Source of the DNA: the human T2T-CHM13v2.0 reference genome, Homo sapiens
DNA length: 64,000 bases
Reading direction: 5' to 3' (one strand)
Assembly (NCBI RefSeq): GCF_009914755.1
Contig: NC_060928.1
Below are positions 1-17,459 of the stretch, piece by piece. The stretch's first letter is position 1. The number at the start of each line of letters is the position of its first letter. The notes under the pieces were generated by a model. The model searched no databases and was not told where the DNA came from. It saw only the letters and a program-made list of their open reading frames with translations. The position numbers and the translations under genes are program-made.

Positions 1-584
1 CTTAGAGAAAAGATTAATTTTCCTCATCATGATATTCTACATGATAGATCTATATTTCCACAAACAGTCAAGGTACACTACCCTTCAGGTGGTCACTTCA
101 AAATCAAACACTAAAATGCAACTGCAGGAGGTGCAGGGACTTATATGTCAATCTGCCTGTGTGCTGTTGTATACTATCTGCCAAAGGCTGTGCAATCTCA
201 TCTTTCACTTTGTCTCCTATTACCTCTAGGGGATAAGGGTGTACTGGATGCATCTTTGAGGATTCATGAACATCAGGCCAGGGGGATTGAGCTATATTAA
301 ATTTAAGGGGAAAAGTTCAGATATTACATGATGTCCTGCATGTGTAGTTACAGGTTCATTAAGGCAGCTGCTTGGGTATTTATTCAGTATTCAATCAATA
401 TTTATTTAGTATTTATTTATTGAACACCAACTATGATCCAGAAACTACTAGGTCAGTGACAATACAGTCAAATGTATTGTCTGTTACCCCCAAAATAATT
501 TTGAAAAAAACATATATCCTTCAATACATTTGACACTTAAAATTTTTTGGTGTGTGTGTTTTTGTATTAGTATGAAATATAATG

Positions 585-720
585 TTAAACATTTTCTAAG
601 ATAAAATTTGCAGTAATTTGATATGAATAAAATAACTTGACTATTAATTAAACATTTTCTAAGATAAAATTTGCAGTAATTTGACATGATTAATAAAATG
701 ACTTCTGACTATTATATTAA
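585..720. repeat. Tandem duplication, ~63-bp unit, 2 copies
   Basis: TTAAACATTTTCTAAGATAAAATTTGCAGTAATTTGA occurs at 585 and 648, followed by related sequence with small indels. Confidence 0.9.
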
Positions 721-2088
721 TCAAAGCATACTGATCCTGAAATTAATCACAACATATTTACTCATGGGCATTTTCTCTTGAAAAATTACATAATCTGAGA
801 AACCTTCAGTTAGATTATAAAATATACAAGTCATCGCAACTATTTTGAACATTCTGCCTACAGAATTTCCAGCTGGGGCCAAGTTTCACTTTTAAAAAAT
901 TAAGTATAAGACAAAGAAAGAAAGTACCTTTGTGAGTTTAAGATGCCCTGATCAATCATTAAACATATCTTTGTTCCAATCAAAATTCCAAATTTTACTT
1001 ATTTGTCACCTAAAAAAGTTTTTGTACCTTTGGCTAATGCAGTCTATTGAGATTTGGAATGCATGAAGGTTTTGCCTTTTTTTGCCACATAAAATGGCAA
1101 AAAATTAATGTAAACCCAGGCATATTCCTTGAGAATTTTAAGAAAAAAATTGGAAGTTGAGGATCTGGACATTGATTTTATTAGAACAACTCGTGATCTG
1201 CACCCCATGGAAAATATTTCAGTACCTTTTACACATGTTCATTTTAAGGCTAGGGTAGTTAGAAAATTGGTTTTTGATACGAAAGATCAGAGATGAAAGA
1301 GTATCTCCTAAAACTATCTGAATTACAAATTAGGAATGGATTTTTTCTAGTGGTCCATTAGCCTCTCCAATGTATTCAGAAAGCGTCATTTAAATCCAAA
1401 GAAACAGTAACTCTATCAAATGAAGGCAAGTCCTCTTTAACTTTGGTTGCTCCTCCCTGTTCTCTGCATGTCATTAAACCAAAAGGAAATTCTAGGGAAT
1501 GCTCTACTTGGAACATAGACCACATTCTCAACTGTAGCATGTACAATACTGATATTGATCATGGGATGAATGGAGAGAGCTAAACTTTTCCATATGGTCT
1601 CAGCTCCTAGAGATATCTAAACTACGAGGTTTACCTGGCTCTTGATTGTTTTTGTTTGTTTTAGACCCATCCCCACTCATTTAAAATGGATAGGACAGAA
1701 CACTTCCACTCCATGCTCAAAAAGCAGCATCTCAGGTTTTACAGCAGTGGTTGGGAGTAATATATAATTATAAAGTACTCTATAATTTGTAATTGGATAA
1801 GTATAATTGTCCTAACCAAAAGAGAGGAAGAAACTGCACAATCTTAAGGTCTCTTCCAAATCTGGGATTTATAGTAAAACATTTTCATTGTTGCCTTATA
1901 AATTTTCCTGATGTCATGACCTAATTTTACTTCAGAGAAGTAACATGGTAGGGCAAAATTTGGAGTTATACTGCAATTCAATTTATGCTTCCTTAAATCA
2001 AACAAAATTGATTGGTTGAGTGACCGTTAGCTAAATTACTGAATCTTAGTTTCTTCTATGATAAAATGGATAAAATTTCTGAATTCAG

Positions 2089-2268
2089 CAGTGTTTCCCT
2101 GCTTACTTAATCATAAAAATTCCATGGGGTTTCTTTACAAATTACTGCTTCACAGACTCTTCTAATAGAGATTCTATTTCTAGAAGACTGGATGGGGTCC
2201 AGGAATCTGTACTTTTAACAAATACTGTCCTGGTGATGATACAATAAGGTAAGATAGGGAAACACGGC
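2089..2268. mobile_element. MER5-family hAT-Charlie MITE, apparently inserted in a MIR relic (~1945-2350)
   Basis: CAGTGTTTCCC...GGGAAACACGG terminal inverted repeats; internal GGGGTCCAGGAATCTGTACTTTTAACAA typical of MER5. Confidence 0.65.
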
Positions 2269-3034
2269 TATATAGAACTGTTGCAAGATTACTGATGCCT
2301 CCTGCATATATATCATACTGACAATGCCTGGTCTGTATAAAATGCAACTCAGTATTACCTCCAGATAGACATGGGTCTAAGTGAAGGATTAGTTCCCTGA
2401 AAACAACGTGAGTCTAAATGAGAGGCTCACTGACAATAACAACAATTTCCAGGAAGGTTCATCTTCACTCCTAGTGCTTAGCCACTGTGCTTGGTGGTGG
2501 TGGTGTTGAGAATTTCTACAACTGTATGAAAAAGTAAAATAACACATAACACACACACCAGTGCACTTTGGGAGGAACGCTGTGTGGACTCAGAGCTGTC
2601 AACACACCCATTATGGCTGGATTGTTTCATATCCTCAAGTGGTATACACCTATGTCTTGCTGGCAATGCGCAAACTTTGCATTTTCTTTATATTTTGTAT
2701 CCAGTGGGCCCTTACAAAACACTCTTCTTCCCCATATCAAGTATGATAAATAGATGATGTCTGCTTTTATTATATGCTCTTCTTTGTATAGCATCACCTT
2801 TCTCTTTTCCAATGAAAATGACATTTAAAATTCAAAAGTTTATATTCAGGTAGATATGAAAACATACTTTCAAATTGTTGTTTAGAAAATACTTTTTTAT
2901 GATTATAGAACAGGTTATGGTTGGTGAATATTTCTGCACCCAAAATGTAAACACTTGTGAGTTTTAAATGTTATACAAGTTTAAGTAATTTTTAACATAT
3001 GGGTTCAGAAATGAGGACGTAAGTTTCCTGTAAA

Positions 3035-3069
<35 letters not shown>

Positions 3070-3130
3070 ATATGTATGTATATATACATATATACACACA
3101 CTATATATATATACATCTGCATACACACAG

Positions 3131-3164
<34 letters not shown>

Positions 3165-3170
3165 GTATGT
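3035..3170. repeat. Compound microsatellite (TG)13-(TA/CA)n-(CA)14
   Basis: (TG)13 at 3035-3060 and (CA)14 at 3134-3161 read directly. Confidence 0.95.
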
Positions 3171-4179
3171 ATAAAATTAGCTCAAGTTATCTCAGGAAAT
3201 ATGCCCAGAAATTGTGTAACAGGAAGGTAGACAGGATTATTGAGACCAGACAAGATCAAGAACAGAGGAAAGGAAAAAACTTCGTTTACATTAAACTCTT
3301 TTAAACATTTTGTAATCTGCACTAGATGCAAGTATTACCTATTAAAATTAATGCAATTTAAAGAGGAGCTAATACTACAATACTAAAGTGAAATGTCTTC
3401 TTGCTAGTTTATGCTTTATGGTTTCATACTAAGAGAGCTGGAAAAATTTTATTTTCCTAGAGGCAGAGCTTTTTAGAAGAGGTATCAAGCACCTCGACTG
3501 AAGTTTCTTTATTAAAAATTGTGTTTTGTTTCAGAAATATCATCTTAATAGCAGAATTAGACTACCAATGTAACATTCAAATACATACACAAACACACAC
3601 ACATATAATATACATACACATACACAATGCATTGTTTTTAACAATTATTTAATTGAGCTAATGTTTATTGCCTTGGTTAATTTCATTTAATATAGGAATT
3701 TCCAAACATAACACTTCTCTAATCTTGTTGAATTCTCTTTCATTTCCTCTAGGAATTAAGCCAGATCAATAGTCAAATTCTACTCTGCTTTTGAAGAAAC
3801 AGCTGAAGGAAGCAGATAAAATTTGAAAGACTGTTCTTTCATGGTTGGGAAGATAGAAAAAAGCAAAGCAAAATATAATCCTCGATATTCATTCTATGGT
3901 GAAATGACTTCTAATTTCCATTTTAAAAGAGATACTTTAAGGGCTACAAAATTTTTGCTTAAAAATTATAAAATGTTCCCATTTTAATGTAGAACCTATA
4001 CACAAGAAGGCAGGAAGCATTTTATCCCTCAGGTGTGCTGGTGCAGAGAGACAATGACTTGAGAAAAAGCTGGCCCCAAATGATTACCTACAGAGTTTGA
4101 GCAAGAGGATTGCTCAACAGTGATCACCACAAAGTTTAAATAGACTAATAAACCTTTTGGTTAAAAAAGCATGACAAGG

Positions 4180-5082
4180 GGAGGAGCCAAGATGGCCGAA
4201 TAGGAACAGCTCCGGTCTACAGCTCCCAGCATGAGTGAGGCAGAAGACGGTGATTTCTGCATTTCCATCTGAGGTACCGGGTTCATCTCACTAGGGAGTG
4301 CCAGACAGTGGGCACAGGTCAGTGGGTGCGCGCACCGTGTGCGAGCCAAAGCAGGGCGAGGCATTGCCTCACTTGGGAAGCGCAAGGGGTCAGGGAGTTC
4401 CCTTTCCGAGTCAAAGAAAGGGGTGACGGATGGCACCTGGAAAATCGGGTCACTCCCACCCGAATACTGCGCTTTTCCAATGGGCTTAAAAAACGGCACA
4501 CCATGAGATTATATCCCACACCTGGCTCGGAGGGTCCTACACCCACAGAGTCTCACTGATTGCTAGCACAGCAGTCTGAGATCAAACTGCAAGGCGGCAG
4601 CGAGGCTGGGTGAGGGGCGCCTGCCATTGCCCAGGCTTGCTTAGATAACCAAAGCAGCCTGGAAGCTCCAACTGGGTGGAGCCCACCACAGCTCAAGGAG
4701 GCCTGCCTGCTTCTGTAGGCTCCACCTCTGTGGGCAGGGCACAGACAAACAAAGAGACAGCAGTAACCTCTGCAGACTTAAATGTCCCTGTCTGACAGCT
4801 TTGAAGAGAGCAGTGGTTCTCCCAGCACGCAGCTGGAGATCTGAGAATGGGCAGACTGCCTCCTCAAGTGGGTCTCTGAACCCTGACCCCCGAGCAGCCT
4901 AACTGGGAGGCACACCCCAGCAGGGTCACACTGACACCTCACACGGCAGGGTATTCCAACAGACCTGCAGCTGAGGGTCCTGTCCGTTAGAAGGAAAACT
5001 AACAAACAGAAAGGACATCCACACCAAAAACCCATCTGTACATCACCATCATCAAAGACCAAAAGTAGATAAAACCACAAAG
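4180..5082 (+). promoter_or_regulatory. L1 5'UTR internal sense promoter and antisense promoter, YY1 site intact
   Basis: CAAGATGGCCG at 4188-4198; complete ~900-bp 5'UTR before the ORF1 ATG at 5083; partial CpG decay. Activity is not shown by sequence. Confidence 0.7.
4319..4627 (-). pseudogene. L1 ORF0, disrupted
   Basis: ATG at 4627 gives MAGAPHPASLPPCSLISDCCASNQ*, with CGA>TGA at 4555-4553; the same frame continues VGVGPSEPGVGY... (track ORF 4319-4546). Confidence 0.8.
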
Positions 5083-6099
5083 ATGGGGAAAAAACAGAAC
5101 AGAAAAACTGGAAACTCTAAATAGCAGAGCACCTCTCCTCCTCCAAAGGAACACAGTTCCTCACCAGCAATGGAACAAAGCTGGATGGAGAATGACTTTG
5201 ACGAGCTGAGAGAAGAAGGCTTCAGACGATCAAATTACTTTGAGCTACGGGAGGACATTCAAACCAAAGGCAAAGAAGTTGAAAACTTTGAAAAAAATTT
5301 AGAAGAATGTATAACTAGAATAACCAATACAGAGAAGTGCTTAAAGGAGCTGATGGAGCTGAAAACCAAGGCTCAAGAACTACGTGAAGAATGCAGAAGC
5401 CTCAGGAGCCGATGCGATCAACTGGAAGAAAAGGTATCAGCGATGGAAGATGAAATGAATGAAATGAAGCAAGAAGGGAAGTTTAGAGAAAAAAGAATAA
5501 AAAGAAATGAGCAAAGCCTCCAAGAAATATGGGACTATGTGAAAAGACCAAATCTACATCTCACTGGTGTACCTGAAAGGGATGGGGAGAATGGAACCAA
5601 GTTGGAAAACACTCTGCAGGATATTATCCAGGAGAACTTCCCCAATCTAGCAAGGCAGGCCAACATTCAGATTCAGGAAATACAGAGAATGCCACAAGGA
5701 TACTCCTCGAGAAGAGCAACTCCAAGACACATAATTGTCGGATTCACCAAGGTTGAAATGAACGAAAAAATGTTAAGGGCAGCCAGAGAGAAAGGTCGGG
5801 TTACCCACAAAGGGAAGCCCATCAGACTAACAGCGGATCTCTCAGCAGAAACCCTACAAGCCAGAAGAGAGTGGGGGCCAATATTCAACATTCTTAAAGA
5901 AAAGAATTTTCAACCCAGAATTTCATATCCAGCCAAACTAAGCTTCATAAGTGAAGGAGAAATAAAATACTTTACAGACAAGCAAATGCTGAGAGATTTT
6001 GTCACCACCAGGCCTGCCCTAAAAGAGCTCCTGAAGGAAGCGCTAAACATGGAAAGGAACAACAGGTACCAGCCGCTGCAAAATCATGCCAAAATGTAA
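5083..6099 (+). pseudogene. L1 ORF1p with a premature stop at codon 14
   Basis: MGKKQNRKTGNSK* (TAG at 5122-5124); from ATG 5170 the frame is open for 309 aa with coiled coil, RRM, ARREWG and YPAKLS motifs. Confidence 0.93.
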
Positions 6100-6162
6100 A
6101 GACCATCAAGACTAGGAAGAAACTGCATCAACTAATGAGCAAAATAACCAGCTAACATCATA

Positions 6163-9977
<3,815 letters not shown>

Positions 9978-10186
9978 ACAATGAGATCACATGGACACAG
10001 GAAGGGGAATATCACACTCTGGGGACTGTTGTGTGGTGGGGTGAGGGGGGAGGGATAGCATTGGGAGATACACCTAATGCTAGATGACGAGTTAGTGGGG
10101 GCAGCGCACCAGCATGGCACATGTATACATATGTAACTAACCTGCACAATGTGCACATGTACCCTACAACTTAAAGTATAATAAAA

Positions 10187-10219
<33 letters not shown>

Positions 10220-13200
10220 AAGCATGACAAGGAGGTGATTCACGGCTCCACCACAGAACTCTACCTAACTGATCCTTTTCTCCCTTTGCCATTTGAAGAA
10301 AATAAACAGTAAGTCTGTTTATTTTTCTGGAATAAGTTCTGGATTAAGATCATCATGTCTCCCTGAGATATAGAAGGACTTAGATGCAAGTTATATTTGC
10401 AACAGGATAAGGGACTTTAACTCCTGAGCTTTGAACAAGATTGCTTGTCCATTAGTAAGAGAAAGAAATGGAAGTTATCTCATATAATCAGTTCTTTTAC
10501 TATCTGTATGCCTTCCCATTTTCCAGCCTGATTCCTTCTCTAGGTATCTCAGGCCTATATTTACATAACCTGTAAAATAGGTAAGGATATGTGTTCCATG
10601 CCTGAGCTACATTCTCATTTCTTTGGACTGTTCAGTTGTCAAGGCAGATCTCACACAGCAGTTTATGCAGTGAAGCACCCCAAGTACACTATATTGTCCT
10701 TCTAATCGTCACTGGGTTCCAAAACTCAGGACAAACTATGTTTGAGAGAGTTTGGGCAGCGTCAGAGTTTCAGCATAATGATAGGGTTAAGCATCCTGCT
10801 AGAAGTGTTGCTTATTTTTCTGACAGATAGAATTTTACAACAGCCAAAGCTACTCATTTATTTCAGACATTTTCCAGATGATTTAGTTAAAAAGCCCCAG
10901 CATGGAGGGAATTTTTCTTTTAAGTTTCTGATAATAGCAATAATATGACCACATGTTATTTATTAAAATACTTTTCTAAAAAATAATCAATATCTCAGTA
11001 CATACATGGACTTGCCTCTCAGCCTCCTACCAGCATAAATTAATTTAAATTTTTATTATGTGGAAGAAGGAAAGGTCAGCTCACAAGGGCAAAAGAGATT
11101 TATGTCTAGTGAACAACATGGTACAGAGAAAGACTCTATCAAAATGTTCTGTTTGAATGCTTTGCTAGAGGATTTGAAAGGGAGGAAATTATAAGCCAGA
11201 TGATAGATGCTTTGGTTTGTGTGACCCTAGTGTTCAAATCTCAGCCTCAGAAATGTGGTACATCTTGTGATGACATACACAACGTGTTAGTAATCCCCAA
11301 AAGAACATACTGAAGATGTTGGTCCCCCACACCACCCACATCCCAGTACATCTGCTTTGGTGTGGTGACCAGTACATTCTCAATAGTGCAAGAAAGGAAA
11401 GATTTGTTACCAGATAAAAAAATGAAATCCTGTCTCCAGATTTAAGTCACTTTCCCTCCATCCCACTGGTTCTTCTAGTCTATTTAAAGAGTATACTCCT
11501 CTGTATTGCTGCTACTTCTTTTGTTGGCCCTTATTCATTACTCAGGATCCCCAGATATACTAGACTCTTTTTAAGAGTCTCTATGTCTGGCCTCCCATTC
11601 CAGTAGCCTTTGTAGCAGATATGGGGCTTCAAAAAGTGAGCTGGGGAGGGAGAGTGAAAAAGAAAGGAAAACTCAGATAAGAAATTCCCCTCAGGGATTG
11701 AGATACATAACACATAATTTGAGTGCTGTTTTGGGTAATAAGAAGTCTAGGCAAACAAAACAAATTAAATTTATTAACCAACTGGCTAATAGAGCTTTTA
11801 TACAACTTTGCTAGGGTCAGTCTGTAATCTTATTCTTGTTTCAAATTTTTTTTTCCCTCACATTGAACAGTGAAGTGTATCTGGAACTATGTTTAGTACG
11901 CTATATAAAATCTTGCCTGGTGTTTGTTTTAACCAAAGAAGGAATCTACATTACAAATAAGACTACCCAGAAACATGTCTATTCTTAATATGCTGTATAA
12001 ACCCTGTGTTCCCTGCCTACTTCTCCAGGTCTTGTATTATACACTCCAGCTGTACGGTACTACTTGCACATCCCCTAGTCAGCCATACTCCTTCAGGACT
12101 CATTGCATTTGCAAAGTTTCCCTCTGCCAAGAACACCCTTCCTCCATTTACTTCATCATGAGAACAACTCCAACTCATCATTTGGAGATTATATCAACTG
12201 ACTTCACTTTTAAGCAACCTTCCAAGCTGGCTGACCACCCCAGATAAGCTTGATGTTCCATTTAACCTGCATGTTGCTGACACCACATGCTTCTTTGCAC
12301 CATGATGTAGATTATGCTCTGTTGAATTCTTCGTCTGCCCTACCTATACTCTTTGAGTAAGGAAATCATCTTTCATTTCTGTATCTTCAGTGGCCACATT
12401 ATACCTGGAATAATTTACCATTCCACAATTTATCCACTAATGAATTAATGCATGAAATTTGTTGCAACAGTGGTTGGAAGTTTGTAGCATTAAATTGACA
12501 AAAATACTCAATTAAGAACCCATCAGGAAATGGTAAAAAGGAAAATATTGAAAATTAAAGAGTTGACTTTGTGGATATTTTTAAATTGATTTTTAAAATT
12601 GAAGTCCTACAAAAGCTATTTATAACCTATACAGTATAGAGGGAAGAGTATTATATGTATTTGAGAAGAAAGAACATTGGCTAGTGAGTACTTTTGCAGT
12701 CAGCAACTTGGCTGCAAGTATTTTATGTTGAACCATCAGTCCACATTTTCAAGTACTATCATCAGTTCTGCATTACATTTCTACAGATGATCATGTTTTT
12801 CATCTGTAAATTGTATGTGATGAAAATTAGGCTCTTTCATTTCTAAGTGGCATACATTATTTCTGCCCCAGCAATAATGATTCCCCAATAGCTATTCAGA
12901 GCAGTAACTATTTTACCCCTTTTCTAATCATCTGGAAATTCTTCAAGCCTATGGCATGTGGGAGCTATGACAATAGGTGTTTCTGAGGATCAGATGGCAC
13001 TGGTGACACTTCCATCCTAAACAATTATTTCTAAGTTGTCTTTGCCCTTGTCACTAAATATATTTCTTGTTGGTGGATCATATCTGATAGTATTCCTAGT
13101 TAAGCACCATCGCTATGAGGTGTTATTGCAAAGGATCAAGAATATATTTCATGACAGCTTCCTTTAAACATCTTGGGGGTGCATAGACTTCAACATCTTG

Positions 13201-15289
13201 TTGGTACTAAGGAGATCAGTTTCTTGATACACTTTAGTCACAGCAATATAGCAACCAGTACCTAACAAGTAAAGTACATTTTTCCAAATGCTTGCCTCAT
13301 AGAATGTCACCACCCAAACATTTATATGATGTCTAACTTGTTTATGATCCTAAACAAATTGAGTTAAACAAGGTTCTCACCAGCTATGTTAAATTAGTGA
13401 AACCTCATGGCATGTTCGTTTTCATCAGAAAGGCAGACAATGCTTCTAGGTATTGAACCAAATTCATTTCAAATAATGTCTGCAATCTTTGTACACATCT
13501 ATACAACTCCTCTCATTATGCCCATGCTTATTAAAGTTTTAGAAACATCCATATATTTTTTCATACCCTGATCCCAGGTTTAAAACCCTACAGAAATTTA
13601 CATAATTTAAAGAAATTTACATACTTTCTTTAGCATAAGCTTGGTTCACATGTGATATTTGTAGAAAGATGATATAATCCTGTTACCTGGACAAAGAGGC
13701 AAGAAATAAGAACTCTACTTTCTAGGTTAAATTTCCTAAGTTACATGTTTACTACATGTTTTGAGTCCAGACAGGGATGTCACTGTGCATTTGAAAATGT
13801 TAAGTCTTATAAATCTAGCTGTACACTGTACATTTATAAGTCTATAAGACTTATAGATCTAGCTGTACACTCTAGAGACCAGAGTAATTGGATTCCCTTG
13901 TTCTATAAGAGGAAAGACACTGAAACACCTGGGCACAGCAGGTATCAAACAGGATGGATTACTGTCTGACTATAACATTTCCTAGGTTTAAATGAGATCA
14001 CCAGAACTTTATTCACACAAACAACTCAGGTTGTTTCCACATTAAAATTGGATGAAGTGATGTTTATTATAAAACCTAGCACTAGCCAGGCTCCTGTCTG
14101 AGGACAGACAGATCAAAAGCATAAGGTTATGGTCATGCACCACTCTTCATCTTCCCTTCTAGAGCACAGCACTGTCTGATACACACTGATCAAATTTTGC
14201 CCAGGATTTTAAGTAGGATGTTTTGAAAAAGCAAAGAATGGGCCCTTGAAATAAAACAGTTCATCCTACAGTAAAGAGAATTGGAACTGTACTTTTATTA
14301 ATGGCACATTGAAAGCCATTTACAACTTGCAAGTGATGCTTCCAAGAAACATTAGAATGATTTTCTTATATAGAAATGTTAATAAGTGTCATAAAATTTG
14401 CTAAAAAGTTCAGTCCTACTTTCTGGGAACCTCCCAATAAGAAATTACAGATTTTCAAACACAGTGTAACAAAATGAACCAGTTAGAGGAGTAATCAGCC
14501 AGTTACTGGTTATATAATAATAATTAATAGTAATATTAAACAGCATCTGTACATAGAGCTTTTTGTCTTCAAATTAATGAATTTCCTAAGTATTAACAAA
14601 CCACTTCTCTTTTGCAAACTTCCAACACAAGTTTGGAGAGCTCTAGGAAGAACTTTATTTAACATTCATGTGTTCTGTTCACGTCTGCAGTGGAATCCTT
14701 CCATGGTTAGAAAAACATGTTTGGATGTACAGAGATGGAGTAGTAATATATACCCATATCCTGATGTCTGGCTTGTTCACTGCTGAGTCCTCAACCATAT
14801 CCAATCAAAGTCAAAAATGTGTTTCCAGTGATAGAGCAATATGTTTTCTATTGAGGACAAGATTTGCCGAAAATAACACAAAAATTGTCTGGGAATTTGG
14901 GTGCATAACCTGGGTGTGGTGAAGATGAGCATTTCACATTTCTCACTAGAGTTCAGTAACTCTACACATAACCACAGCCAGCCATGGATCCTTAAATTCA
15001 CTATCTCACCAGCCAAAAGTCTCCTCCTGCTAACAGACGCCATGATTGCTAGAGCTTCTTTACAAACTGCACATATCTCCAGGAGACCCTGAAAATAACA
15101 GGCTCCTGGAAACTACAGATATTTTGCAGATGTACTTTTTACAAAATGATTTCACAATTTGCTTAGGCACTTTATCTATGTGTCATTTTACAAATGAATA
15201 AAGACCAACTGCTGGTCTTTATTACAAATTTTAATTGTAATCACTTGTCTTTGGTAATTTCCAGATTTGTAAGAATTCAAGAATTCCAT

Positions 15290-15600
15290 CTATTGGATAT
15301 TTAATAATATTAATATTAAGGAATTATGATTAATTTTTAGTTTTGATAATAGTATTGCAGCTATTTTTTAAAATATCCTTTCTCTTAAAGAAACAACAAG
15401 TATTTATGGGTGAAATAATATGATGTCCAGAATTCCTTAAAAATGATCCCTGGGAAGTAAGATGAGTTGAAAGTGTAGATGAAACAAGATTAGCCATGAG
15501 TTAAAAATTGTTGAAGTTATAGAACTGGCACATAGGGGTTCACTCATACTATTCTCTATATTTTTGTGTTATCTCTGACATTTCCACTTAAAAAACAAAC
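15290..15600 (+). mobile_element. Ancient L1ME/L1MC-type 3'UTR fragment
   Basis: TAGATGAAACAAGATTAGCCATGAGTT...GGGGTTCACTCATACTATTCTCT resembles old L1M 3' ends. Confidence 0.6.
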
Positions 15601-16422
15601 AAACAAAACTACAGAATCTCTGCAACATAGACAGAACTCCCAAACTAATCTTCAAGAAGCAGCCAGCTGAAGACATAATCTCAAATCTCTTGGTTCCTAC
15701 ACATAGAGCATAGGCAGCACCCTGACATTGTGAATCAAAATGCTCTCCTCATTCCATCCTCTCCTTGGAGAGGTTGAAAAATCAACCTCTGATGCGGTTG
15801 TTACAAGGCTGAACAGACCTCTGGTAGCGTAAATAAACCTCTGAGCTTCCACAAGCTGGATGGTTCAAAATCCACCGTGCAAAGGTAGTCATGAGTTAAC
15901 TGGGCTTATAAATAGGTGCTCTACCTTCTGCTCCTCAAATCCCTAGAGCACAGATTATCCCAAGAGCTAACAGGAAAACACATGCATTCCAAACCATTGT
16001 GATCCATTGATGATTTACCAAAGGCCTACTAATGTAGGCATTTTAGCAGAGGTAAAGATGTTTAAAACATCCTCACTGCCCTCAAGAAACCCATATTATA
16101 GAAGGCAGAACCAAACCATTGCTTTTCTGGGTAGTCACAACTCATTCAGGTGCTGACAAAGTGTTTACTTTCAATCCGTCTTTTCAGGGACCACACAGGA
16201 ACTCCATTACATTGGAGTGGGCATGGGCAAACGGGGAAATGAATGGATATGATCAGAGTAAAAATTTTCCAGGTATATGGAGTGCCTTGACTTATTTATT
16301 TATTGGTCTTGGAATGAATGGGATCTACATACATCCTGGAGGTGTGACATCTGAAGGTAACATCTGTCTGTGCTACTAACCACATCAGCAGCCTATGCTC
16401 CTCTCTGCTCAGCCCAATATTG

Positions 16423-16485
16423 GTACCCTGTGACAGCTGCTTGAAAGGTACCGTACCCTGTGACAACAGCTTGAAAGATACTGTA
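16423..16485. repeat. 30-bp tandem duplication
   Basis: GTACCCTGTGACAGCTGCTTGAAAGGTACC followed by GTACCCTGTGACAACAGCTTGAAAGATACT. Confidence 0.85.
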
Positions 16486-16734
16486 ATGATAGTATTTTCA
16501 TTAAAATGTCACATTGTTTGGCAACACTTCCTAAATTTCTGTGTAATAGAAATGACAGAGCTGTCAGTTTTTCAGGAAAAATGAAAAGAGGTAAGAATAG
16601 TTACTCTTGGAGCAGCCTTCCCATAAACTCATATCTGTACCGTACCTTCTCTTTGGCAAAGAACCTTTGTACATATTTTCCCATCTGATAAGGAAAGTGA
16701 GTTGGGTAGGCTTTAAAAAAATTGATTAATTATC

Positions 16735-17023
<289 letters not shown>

Positions 17024-17150
17024 AAATTAACCATTTTAAAGTAAACTGCTCGGTGGCATTTTGTACATTCACAATGTCATGCAACCACTAGCTGTAGTTC
17101 CAAAACATTTCCATCACTCCTAAATAAAACTCTGTATCCATTCAGCAGTT
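17024..17150 (-). mobile_element. L1MB-type 3'UTR fragment
   Basis: AATTAACCATTTTAAAGT...TACATTCACAATGTCATGCAACCA. Confidence 0.65.
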
Positions 17151-17282
17151 TGAGTGGGCATTATTAACTTCAGTTTTACGGGTGAGGAAGCCTACTCCGA
17201 GACTGTCAAATGTTATGCAGGTAGTAAATGTTAGAGCTAGAAACAGAACCCAGTTTTTCTAATTGCAAATTCTCTACCAGAC

Positions 17283-17459
17283 CAGAGGTTCTCAAAATTT
17301 AGTGTGCATCAGAATCACCTGGAGGGCATGTTAAAACACAGGTTGCAGGGTTCCAACTTCAAAGCCTCTGATTCAGTAGGTCTGTGTGGGGCCTGAAAAT
17401 CTATGTTTCCAAGTGATACCAATGTTTCTGATCCAGAGACCACACTCTGGGAACCACTG
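17283..17459. mobile_element. MER5A hAT-Charlie MITE
   Basis: CAGAGGTTCTCAAA...GCATCAGAATCACCTGGAGGG...GGGAACCACTG. Confidence 0.85.

Noticed and set aside
12480-13560. Unique-looking stretch examined for a processed pseudogene or transposase relic
   Set aside because: There is no ORF, poly-A/TSD or recognisable motif on either strand.
14640-15100. Overlapping 63-88-aa ORFs and a possible minus-strand terminal exon (acceptor near 15089, AATAAA at 14659-14654)
   Set aside because: There is no recognisable protein similarity, the pyrimidine tract is short, and such signals are common in AT-rich DNA.
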